Shown: in pieces, positions 15,539-22,412 of the stretch
How the letters are laid out: each line of letters begins with the position of its first letter
Position numbering within the stretch: the first letter of the stretch is position 1
Virus record (IMG/VR): IMGVR_UViG_3300025362_000002
Location: 1-38,594 of that record
Source: a virus
Strand: one strand, 5' to 3'
DNA: 38,594 nt
Notes under the pieces: generated by a model
What the model saw: only the letters and a program-made list of their open reading frames with translations
What the model was told of the DNA's origin: nothing
The model's database searches: none
Made by a program: the position numbers and the translations under genes

Positions 15539-15645
15539 CAGTATCCACCTTCTATTTCGTCTAAGTAATCGTGGAGTTGATGTTCGAGTCGCATTTCCAT
15601 CTCGTCAGCTTGTTCACTTCCACTATCATAGTCGTCTTCGTTCAT
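15538..15645 (-). CDS. Acidic micro-protein, paralog B (35 aa)
   Basis: Translated codon by codon: MNEDDYDSGSEQADEMEMRLEHQLHDYLDEIEGGY*. ATGA overlap upstream and TGATG overlap downstream. Confidence 0.6.
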   Translation of the reverse strand: MNEDDYDSGSEQADEMEMRLEHQLHDYLDEIEGGY

Positions 15646-15863
15646 TGTTCCACCTCAGTCCAGTCTGATTCCAGATTCTTCGTTTCTAAAAAAAATGTTT
15701 TTCCGATGTCTTGAAGTCGTGAAGACTCTCTTACTTCGACTCTGTGTCCTTTGGTCGTTTCTCTTCCACCTCGACCGTAGACGATGTGGTCTTCAGGATG
15801 TTTAAGTTCCACCACAGTTCCTGCAGTATTGTGCGTGTAGAATTTTGCTTGTTCGTCATTCAT
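15642..15863 (-). CDS. Hypothetical small protein
   Basis: 73-aa ORF in series. Confidence 0.5.
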   Translation of the reverse strand: MNDEQAKFYTHNTAGTVVELKHPEDHIVYGRGGRETTKGHRVEVRESSRLQDIGKTFFLETKNLESDWTEVEQ

Positions 15864-15864
15864 C

Positions 15865-16071
15865 TTAGTTCACCATCACATAAAAACATTTTTCTTCCTT
15901 TCTTCCGAAAATTGTTCCAGGTCCGTTTCCTTCATCATCTCTACTAGCGTATATCTCAGTTCCATCTTCTAGTTCAATAACTGTTGCAGGTGAGTCCCAG
16001 TCCTCTTGTTTCATTTCTTTCTCGGTCTGTTTTCTAACATTAACAATTCTTTTTCCTATTAGTTCTTTCAT
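15865..16071 (-). CDS. Hypothetical small protein
   Basis: 68-aa ORF in series. Confidence 0.5.
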   Translation of the reverse strand: MKELIGKRIVNVRKQTEKEMKQEDWDSPATVIELEDGTEIYASRDDEGNGPGTIFGRKEEKCFYVMVN

Positions 16072-16199
16072 CTTAAGGTCACCTGAGAAAGTTCTTTGTT
16101 TCGTGAGTCCTTAAGGCCCACAATTAAGTAACCAGTTCTTCGTTGTAGAATTCTTCGCCAGAGTGGCTTTGTTCCATAAGTTCGTATTTCCGTATCCAT
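16068..16199 (-). CDS. Basic micro-protein (43 aa)
   Basis: Hand translation MDTEIRTYGTKPLWRRILQRRTGYLIVGLKDSRNKELSQVTLR*. RBS GGAGATACGAAAA-ATG and an ATGA overlap with the next gene. Confidence 0.5.
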   Translation of the reverse strand: MDTEIRTYGTKPLWRRILQRRTGYLIVGLKDSRNKELSQVTLR

Positions 16200-16236
16200 T
16201 TTTCGTATCTCCAGTCTCCTTCGGGTTTCCCCTAAA

Positions 16237-16304
16237 AGTCCTTATTTGTACTACTACACACCTTCCCACCTTTTTAAAACCATCGATTTAGTCCCTATTT
16301 GTAC
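16237..16304 (-). promoter_or_regulatory. Promoter/operator candidate: two 15-nt direct repeats flanking a TATA-like TTTTAAAA
   Basis: Coding strand GTACAAATAGGGACT (16290..16304) and GTACAAATAAGGACT (16237..16251), 53 nt apart, with GGTTTTAAAAAGG (16269..16281) between them. Confidence 0.45.
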
Positions 16305-16309
16305 CGAAT

Positions 16310-16338
16310 TAAGGCCTAATTAAGGCCAAAATAAGGCC
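16310..16338. repeat. Three direct TAAGGCC repeats phased at exactly 11 bp (iteron-like)
   Basis: TAAGGCC starts at 16310, 16321 and 16332. Further copies: TAAGGCC at 16112 and TAAGGTC at 16074. Confidence 0.7.
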
Positions 16339-16346
16339 AACATCAG

Positions 16347-16748
16347 CTACTTTTCCTCAGAAAAGCGTTCACATAAGAGTTTAAATTGCCGTCTATTAAT
16401 CTCTGGTCTGTTGAAAGTGTTGACGAAAAACTTGTATACACCCTCAAAAGTGCCTTTTTTAAGCCTTCGCTGTGCTTCAGATTGTATCCATCTCAGCTCA
16501 TGCGGTTGTAAAATGTCGAGGTCTGCTCCTTTAGATACTTCCTCTTTTAGAATTACGATCCTTTCTCTGCAGTCGTTCGCCATATCATAGTAAGTCTGCA
16601 TCTTCTTCGCTAAAGTCTCCACATCCATGAACTCCTTCTTGTACCGATCGCTCGCCCACTCTGCGAATGAAGGTATTAAAGGGTTGTTCTCTGCGTGTGC
16701 GATGACTTCAGTCTCGAACCGGTATGTTTTTGTTTCTTTCTTTTCCAT
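16347..16748 (-). CDS. Hypothetical protein
   Basis: Start taken at MEKKETK (ATG 16748), preceded by GGTGATACGA. The ATG at 16760 lacks an SD. Confidence 0.55.
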   Translation of the reverse strand: MEKKETKTYRFETEVIAHAENNPLIPSFAEWASDRYKKEFMDVETLAKKMQTYYDMANDCRERIVILKEEVSKGADLDILQPHELRWIQSEAQRRLKKGTFEGVYKFFVNTFNRPEINRRQFKLLCERFSEEK

Positions 16749-16938
16749 TCGTATCACCATTCGTATCTACAGTTCTTCGCTGCATAATCTGTTCTTTTCT
16801 AAATTTCAGCTTTTCCCCTCTGACGGTCTCAATGATAACCCAGTCAGGATCGTTTTTATCTTGCTGTAGAATTCCTGTATAATAGAAGTTTCCGTTGTTC
16901 TTCTCAACTTCAATCTTCTCAATTTCGTTTCCATTCAT
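16708..16938 (-). CDS. Hypothetical small protein
   Basis: 76-aa ORF. RBS GGAGATGATACGAAC-ATG. Confidence 0.55.
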   Translation of the reverse strand: MNGNEIEKIEVEKNNGNFYYTGILQQDKNDPDWVIIETVRGEKLKFRKEQIMQRRTVDTNGDTNGKERNKNIPVRD

Positions 16939-17036
16939 GTTCGTATCATCTCCTTTTTGCCGATTATTTCAGCCTTACGTAATACGCAACGACTTTCTTC
17001 CTTTTTAAAATCTTCGATTTTATTCATTGTTTTCAT
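16935..17036 (-). CDS. Hypothetical micro-protein (33 aa), first ORF after the AT-rich control region
   Basis: Hand translation MKTMNKIEDFKKEESRCVLRKAEIIGKKEMIRT*. ATGA overlap with the next gene. Confidence 0.35.
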   Translation of the reverse strand: MKTMNKIEDFKKEESRCVLRKAEIIGKKEMIRT

Positions 17037-17038
17037 CT

Positions 17039-17082
17039 CTACAGTTGGAAATTAAGTAATAATTAAGTAAATCCCTACAGTT
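17039..17082. promoter_or_regulatory. Nested direct repeats immediately upstream of the first early ORF
   Basis: ctacagtt (17039..17046 and 17075..17082) flanks aattaagtaa (17050..17059 and 17061..17070, 11-bp phase). Confidence 0.5.
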
Positions 17083-17118
17083 ACTCAGGATCTAAAAATG
17101 TTTTTATCAGTTGTTAAA

Positions 17119-17199
17119 TAAATAATAAATAAATAATAAGAATTTCTATCTATACTACTACTACTCTATTTGTTGTGTATTAAATAATAAATAAATAAT
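17119..17199. repeat. Two identical AT-only 19-mers (taaataataaataaataat) 62 nt apart
   Basis: Read directly at 17119..17137 and 17181..17199, inside the 320-nt non-coding region 16939..17258. Confidence 0.7.
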
Positions 17200-17245
17200 T
17201 GACAACTATCTCTTTTTTGCAATTGCCAATCTCCACATGAAAAGA

Positions 17246-17260
17246 AGGGGTGTGACCCCT
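17246..17260 (-). terminator. Hairpin plus T-tract terminator candidate at the end of the late operon
   Basis: Coding strand AGGGGT-CAC-ACCCCT (6-bp stem, 3-nt loop) followed by TCTTTTC. It overlaps the stop codon of 17259..17537. Confidence 0.5.
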
Positions 17261-17537
17261 ACCTTTTAGTGATATTCTTATTCTCTTTAAACGCAGAGAG
17301 CACCATATCAAAAATCACAGCACTAGCCGCACTTCCAACAACAGTCACATCGACTCCAATACCATCTGCTCCAAAAAAGATTAATAATCCAATAACTGCA
17401 GTTCTCAACACAGTCTTTCCAAGTTCCTTAAACTCAAAAGGAGTAATTTTTCCATCTTCAGTGGCTTTAGTTGCCCATCCACCAACACTTCGCAGTACAG
17501 GAATTCCTATCGCTGCTCCTATCGTTGCCCAATCCAT
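17259..17537 (-). CDS. Small membrane protein, holin-like
   Basis: Hydrophobic segments VLRTAVIGLLIFFGA and VTVVGSAASAVIFDMVLSAF, and a charged C-terminus KENKNITKR. It is the last gene of the late operon. Start taken at MDWATIG (17537). Confidence 0.4.
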   Translation of the reverse strand: MDWATIGAAIGIPVLRSVGGWATKATEDGKITPFEFKELGKTVLRTAVIGLLIFFGADGIGVDVTVVGSAASAVIFDMVLSAFKENKNITKR

Positions 17538-17538
17538 T

Positions 17539-17799
17539 TTATTTTTTCCCCACAATTAACTTTTTACCGACATGCTCACTGAACAAGTCTACTTCTGCGA
17601 TCTTCTTTTTCTTATCTGCTTTGCCATACTTCTTCTCAAGCAAATCTTGAACTTCAGTTAAAAATTGAGGTTCTCCTGTTAAAGGATCCAATTTCTTGGC
17701 TTTCAGACTAAGACCGATATTGTCTTCTCCGTACTCATGTTCTACTAAAACACGCAAATTGTTCATGTGTTCATAAACTCTTTTAATTTCAATTTCCAT
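17539..17799 (-). CDS. Hypothetical protein
   Basis: 86-aa ORF following the fibre gene. Confidence 0.5.
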   Translation of the reverse strand: MEIEIKRVYEHMNNLRVLVEHEYGEDNIGLSLKAKKLDPLTGEPQFLTEVQDLLEKKYGKADKKKKIAEVDLFSEHVGKKLIVGKK

Positions 17800-17808
17800 A
17801 ATTTCACC

Positions 17809-20046
17809 TTAGTTGTCTATTGCATTCTTAATCTTGACGATCCCTTGAGCAAAGTCTGCGGTTGCAGTTATTGGTTCAACACGCACTCTCCACCATCCTG
17901 CTGCATCCGGGTATGTTCCACTGTCAGAAATATCTACATCGGATTCTATGGTCACGCCGGTCGCAAGTATACTATGCTTGTTTACCCACGCGCTTCCACT
18001 CCAAAAATCAAGATAAAGATTCACACTAGAGGCATTTACGCTTCCTGCTTCACTGACATCATCATTCACACTTATGTGGTCCAAGTCTGCTGCATTAACA
18101 TCATATGTTCCATCTGTATGACTATGGTCTTCTGCTGAATAGGTTCCATCGCTATGTCCATGGCTACTTGCTGCATAGCTTCCATCATCATGATCATGAC
18201 TTGCTGCAGCATATGAACCATCATCGTGATCATGATTTGATGCTGCCAAGGACCCATCCGAGTGAGTGTGTTTTCCTATGATTTGATAGTTCCAAGTGAA
18301 TTCGTAGTCCATGTCACCACTTTGTGTTTGAGCTTGAACATACACATCGTCTCCATAAATATCTACAGGTATAAGTATTGGAATAGTTGCTGTGTGTCCT
18401 GAATCTATCCTAGTCCAAGTCCCACTGCTGCTTGGGAAATATGTTCCGTCAATATAAGCTCTTACTCTCATATCTCGGTCCGCTGTTAAGTTATCGTTTC
18501 TAATTGTAACAAAATAAAGGATTAAATCCGAATGAAGAGAACTATTTCCTGTGTTAGTTATTGTGGTCCATGAACTATCGGTGAATGTTCCTGTTCCACT
18601 CCCTGATGAATTTCCAGAGTACGAACTTCCCCAACTTGCTGTTCCACTTGATGCAGTCGTCCCAGTAACACTTGCACCTTCACTTCCACTGTCCCCTGTA
18701 ACACCTGCAGTGCTGTTTCCACTATCTCCTGTAACACCTGCAGTATTGCTTCCTGAAGTATTTTCTACATCTGGATCATCTGCACCACTATCGTTTTGTA
18801 CTTGAGGATCACTCCCTGTAAAACTTGCAGTTCCGAATTGAGACTTGAATGCATCAATATCATAACTAACTGTAAATTCTTTAACATTACTATTTCCTAT
18901 CTCATCACGAATAAATGTTTCCGGGAGAAAAAAGCCTACTTTTAGAGGATAGCTAGTTTTTGCATTGATTCCACTGCCCCAAGTATTGCTGTTTCCACTG
19001 CCTTGCATATAACTGTTATCATCTTGTGCATTTCGTTGGATCCTTGCGAGCATCTTGTTCTTGTTTCTCATCAAAGTCTTTAATTCAGGATTACAAACTT
19101 GTAAAGTCCGATATTGTTTCCCTACATTCTCGCCTTCTTCGATGCCTGTAATTCGTACTTCTTCATTATTAACATCTTGGTCCAGTGCATTCAGATTAAT
19201 GTGATCGCCAACATTCAATCCTGTATAATCAGGATTTGTCAGGTCAAAGTCGTAAATATGAGGAGGATCCTTATTCAATGCTAGTTCTGCGCTCGCTAGT
19301 CTGTTTGCTTCAACTATTGAAGTGACTGTTCGGTCAATAACTGTTTTTGTAATCCGACCGTATAATGCTATACTTGTTGCATCTTCATCAGTTCCTTTTA
19401 TCTGATCGTCACCGTCTCCTTTTCCAAAAACTTCAATAACATTTCCTCGAGGATAACCAACACTTTTTCTTAAATTAGTAATTTCTTTCCCTTCATTAAG
19501 CACTGCCACACTTGTTGAGCTTCCAAGATGATTCACTACGCCTATAGTGTCCGCTGTGTAGTTTATATCTATGTCTTGCCCTGTCTTGTTCGCCAAATTA
19601 GAAATACTATTAAACAGGCTTGAACTCGTGCTTAAACGATAGTCGAGAGTGTATCCTGTATTGATGGTTCCTGCAGTAAAATAATCACTTTCTGCTATGA
19701 TCGCAGAGAATATTGTCGCGCTCGCTGTACTACTCCATGGACTGCTTGTGTAATCCCCATTTTCTTTTCCGAGCCACACTTCCCATCCGCTTGCATGAAA
19801 CACTACAGTTCCACCAACGAAGTAATCTGTGTTATCAATTAATCCTTTAAATGACAGAGTTCCGTCTTTGTAAATATAAACAGTGCTTCCGATTGTCAAG
19901 AGACTCCTTTTTAGTTCTCCTGTCCCGCTGAATTTGAGTTCTGCCTCGTTCACTTCATTAAGGTTTTGAGTGAATCTCCATCCTGCATCCGGAACCACAC
20001 TTCCTGTGGTTGAACCTGTTTTTACATCTATTCTGTACGTAGTCAT
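17809..20046 (-). CDS. Tail tip / receptor-binding fibre protein (Tal-like position)
   Basis: 745 aa, third gene after the tape measure (TMP-Dit-Tal order). Contains a Gly/Ser/Thr tandem repeat, five HxH repeats and a C-terminal beta-rich domain. Confidence 0.6.
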   Translation of the reverse strand: MTTYRIDVKTGSTTGSVVPDAGWRFTQNLNEVNEAELKFSGTGELKRSLLTIGSTVYIYKDGTLSFKGLIDNTDYFVGGTVVFHASGWEVWLGKENGDYTSSPWSSTASATIFSAIIAESDYFTAGTINTGYTLDYRLSTSSSLFNSISNLANKTGQDIDINYTADTIGVVNHLGSSTSVAVLNEGKEITNLRKSVGYPRGNVIEVFGKGDGDDQIKGTDEDATSIALYGRITKTVIDRTVTSIVEANRLASAELALNKDPPHIYDFDLTNPDYTGLNVGDHINLNALDQDVNNEEVRITGIEEGENVGKQYRTLQVCNPELKTLMRNKNKMLARIQRNAQDDNSYMQGSGNSNTWGSGINAKTSYPLKVGFFLPETFIRDEIGNSNVKEFTVSYDIDAFKSQFGTASFTGSDPQVQNDSGADDPDVENTSGSNTAGVTGDSGNSTAGVTGDSGSEGASVTGTTASSGTASWGSSYSGNSSGSGTGTFTDSSWTTITNTGNSSLHSDLILYFVTIRNDNLTADRDMRVRAYIDGTYFPSSSGTWTRIDSGHTATIPILIPVDIYGDDVYVQAQTQSGDMDYEFTWNYQIIGKHTHSDGSLAASNHDHDDGSYAAASHDHDDGSYAASSHGHSDGTYSAEDHSHTDGTYDVNAADLDHISVNDDVSEAGSVNASSVNLYLDFWSGSAWVNKHSILATGVTIESDVDISDSGTYPDAAGWWRVRVEPITATADFAQGIVKIKNAIDN
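18103..18270 (-). repeat. Five 12-aa (36-nt) coding repeats, each starting with His-x-His
   Basis: HTHSDGSLAASN HDHDDGSYAAAS HDHDDGSYAASS HGHSDGTYSAED HSHTDGTY, translated by hand from the reverse complement. Confidence 0.85.
18686..18751 (-). repeat. 2 x 33-nt tandem coding repeat (GNSTAGVTGDS units)
   Basis: ccactgtcccctgtaacacctgcagtgctgttt / ccactatctcctgtaacacctgcagtattgctt. Confidence 0.8.
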
Positions 20047-20048
20047 TT

Positions 20049-20810
20049 TTAATCGTAGTATCCGTCTCTGAATTTAACACTCGCACTTGATATGTTACTT
20101 GTTGTTATCGTAGAAACATTTGCGGCTGCATCTATTTGCAAAATACCGAAGCCATCTGTGGTCTGAACGCCTTTAGTTTGAACACTATTAAGTTCTACAT
20201 ACGCATATTCAGTCACGAATATTCCACTTCCTGAGTCAACCATCTCCACGAGTTTGTACTCGAAACTATGACCAGTCGTTAATAATGCAGAATCTATTGT
20301 GATCTCGTTTCCTTCTGCATCTGATATAACAATATCACTTGCTCCGCTAGTCACTGTTCCTGTTATCTCAGTCACGAAAGTCTTCGCGTTGCCACCATTG
20401 GTCCCGCTCGTTTTCTCTGTGTCACCAAAAAGTACAGGTATAAAACTCTCAAAAGTACCCACATAATCTATAAAGTTTGTTCTTCCACCCGCATGAGTTC
20501 TCTTAATCTGCTTTCCAATCCCTAGGTGGAATTTGTCAGACTCAAAATAAAGTTTTTTAATTTGCGTAGTTTCCATGAAATGTTTGCTGCACGATCGCCA
20601 AGTCGTGAGTTTACTGCTTCCACTAAAATGCCCAGTAATAATAAGACTCTTCGGAGCAATTCCACCACCACTCACAACAATATGATGTCTTTGGAAACCT
20701 ATCGGTGTAACTTCATGATTGCTGTCTGTAGTATCATCAAATGCTTGAGGATTATAAGGCCAAGTGAATCTATCTGCTGTCCCTTCATAATTTTCTATTT
20801 TCATCGCCAT
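20049..20810 (-). CDS. Distal tail protein (Dit-like) candidate
   Basis: 253 aa, immediately downstream of the tape measure. The call rests on position only. Confidence 0.45.
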   Translation of the reverse strand: MAMKIENYEGTADRFTWPYNPQAFDDTTDSNHEVTPIGFQRHHIVVSGGGIAPKSLIITGHFSGSSKLTTWRSCSKHFMETTQIKKLYFESDKFHLGIGKQIKRTHAGGRTNFIDYVGTFESFIPVLFGDTEKTSGTNGGNAKTFVTEITGTVTSGASDIVISDAEGNEITIDSALLTTGHSFEYKLVEMVDSGSGIFVTEYAYVELNSVQTKGVQTTDGFGILQIDAAANVSTITTSNISSASVKFRDGYYD

Positions 20811-20813
20811 CTT

Positions 20814-21797
20814 TTATCCCCACACAGAGTCCCATAATTGTAAGAACCAACTTCTCCGGGTATCAGCACTTATCGTTCCGCCACCGAATGCACTTCCATT
20901 GTTCGCTGCAGCTTGTTCTTTAATGCCTTGCATGAATAAATCATTCGCAGGACTGTTTGGATTATTAACATCTTCCCATGGCGCATCGTTACCCGATATA
21001 TCACTCCATATCTTTTGAGGAAGTCTTGTTGCAAGTGTTTGACCACTCATGTCTGTCCCGCCATTACCAAGTCCATCGCCAGTCATCCCAGTGTATCCTT
21101 GAGCCTTGTCCACTAATGCCTCTGAAATTTTGTAAGCACCATAAGCCACACCACCGAGTAAAGCTAAATAACCGAATGCTGCAAGTAATGTCGCGCTCAC
21201 TGTTGCGCCACCAAGTACACCTACAAGGGAACTTATTCCTGCAATCCCTGAAATTACTGCCGGAGCTAAAATTAAACCTGCGACTATTCCAGTGAATAAT
21301 CCGGGATGATCTACCGCCCATTGACCAATGTCTTTAAGCACAGGCCACACTTTCTCGGCAAGTGCAGCTCCCCAATCAAGAAACTTATTCGCCATCTCCC
21401 CGATCTTCTCTTTGTTATTGTCAACCCATACTGCGAGTTTGTCAAGCCATCCAGCGACTTTTTCAAAAGCCGGAGCCAATGCTTCACCGAGACTTCTCTG
21501 GATCTTACCCATCGATACTCCCATCTTTGCCAATGCCGGTGCGACTGCAGGTGCTTTGCTTGCTAAACCTACCAAGGCGGTTCCGCCTGCTAATCCCATA
21601 AATGCTAGTTTCTTTGCGAGACCACTTACTGTTTGAGCTACTCGTTTCATGTCTCCACCGAAAGATTTACCTTTTCCTTTGACTCTATCAAATCCTTGAC
21701 CAACTCTCTGGAACCCTCGGTCCACATTACCAGTGTCCATAGTTCCAACTATCTTCATAGAACTTGATGCTCCCGCGCTACCTGCATTTGCTACCAT
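20814..21797 (-). CDS. Tape measure protein (short)
   Basis: 327 aa, Ala/Gly/Leu-rich with helical and hydrophobic stretches (GIVAGLILAPAVISGIAGISSLVGVLGG). Its ATG sits exactly at the end of the -1 frame extension of the upstream chaperone. Confidence 0.65.
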   Translation of the reverse strand: MVANAGSAGASSSMKIVGTMDTGNVDRGFQRVGQGFDRVKGKGKSFGGDMKRVAQTVSGLAKKLAFMGLAGGTALVGLASKAPAVAPALAKMGVSMGKIQRSLGEALAPAFEKVAGWLDKLAVWVDNNKEKIGEMANKFLDWGAALAEKVWPVLKDIGQWAVDHPGLFTGIVAGLILAPAVISGIAGISSLVGVLGGATVSATLLAAFGYLALLGGVAYGAYKISEALVDKAQGYTGMTGDGLGNGGTDMSGQTLATRLPQKIWSDISGNDAPWEDVNNPNSPANDLFMQGIKEQAAANNGSAFGGGTISADTRRSWFLQLWDSVWG

Positions 21798-22401
21798 TAT
21801 TTGAACCTCACTTTATTCATCATGTCTTGAACTTTCTTGTTCCGCTGTTGCTTGTCACTAACAGCACTTTTAATCATCATGACTTCTTGAATATCTTTTA
21901 AATTAGTTTTGTTGAACTCTCTTGGGCTGATTCCACATTCAAAGGCAATGGACTTCCACCATAGGAGTTTCTGTTGAGGATTGGTTATTGTGAAACCTTC
22001 CCCTGCAGAATACTCAATCAGCCTTGCGAGTTTTTTACTGACTTTAAGTCCGGCTCATCGACCTTCTTGATCGCGTTGATTAATTTATCAAATAATCCGG
22101 GTTTAAGTTTTGAAAGTAACAAGTATCTCTCGTCAGTTGTCAGGTCAGGCCATTCTTTCTCGATAGAAATGATCTTATTAATTAAAATCTTATCGTATGG
22201 TATTACCACAACATTTTCCAGTTTCTTCTTGTTGTAAATACTCCAATCAACCATTGGTGTTCTGGTCTCCAAGTCAAGAGTCATGACATCTTTTAGCCAC
22301 TCGTTCTCGTCTCCGCCAGTTGTTGGTTTGTACTTAAATATTCGTCCGTCTACATCCAGTTCCACTGGCTTTTCATCTACAAAATCGTTTTCGTATCCCA
22401 T
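21797..22401 (-). CDS. Tail assembly chaperone GT-like product made by -1 frameshift at 22030..22036
   Basis: The -1 frame is open from the slippery site for 73 codons (LARLIEYSAGEGFTITNPQQ...MMNKVRFK*). Its TAA shares its last A with the tape-measure ATG. Confidence 0.6.
22018..22401 (-). CDS. Tail assembly chaperone (G-like)
   Basis: 127 aa, between the major tail protein and the tape measure. Contains the slippery heptamer near its 3' end. Confidence 0.6.
   Translation of the reverse strand: MGYENDFVDEKPVELDVDGRIFKYKPTTGGDENEWLKDVMTLDLETRTPMVDWSIYNKKKLENVVVIPYDKILINKIISIEKEWPDLTTDERYLLLSKLKPGLFDKLINAIKKVDEPDLKSVKNSQG
22030..22036 (-). promoter_or_regulatory. Programmed -1 ribosomal frameshift slippery heptamer A_AAA_AAC
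   Basis: Coding strand GTA AAA AAC TCG in the zero frame, an X_XXY_YYZ pattern 4 codons before the G stop. Confidence 0.6.
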
Positions 22402-22412
22402 GTTTTTTTCCT

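Noticed and set aside
16072-16346. TAAGGCC iterons considered as attP arm-type sites of an integration module
   Set aside because: No tyrosine or serine recombinase, excisionase or tRNA-like attachment core is recognisable anywhere in the genome.
17101-17215. AT-rich repeats considered as a mini-CRISPR array
   Set aside because: There are only two 19-nt copies made purely of A and T. They lack the repeat-spacer regularity of a CRISPR array and no cas genes are present. They fit promoter, origin or operator elements better.
17809-20046. Diversity-generating retroelement targeting the fibre gene
   Set aside because: No reverse transcriptase ORF is present. Apart from the short in-frame tandem repeats, I found no template/variable repeat pair with A-specific mismatches.
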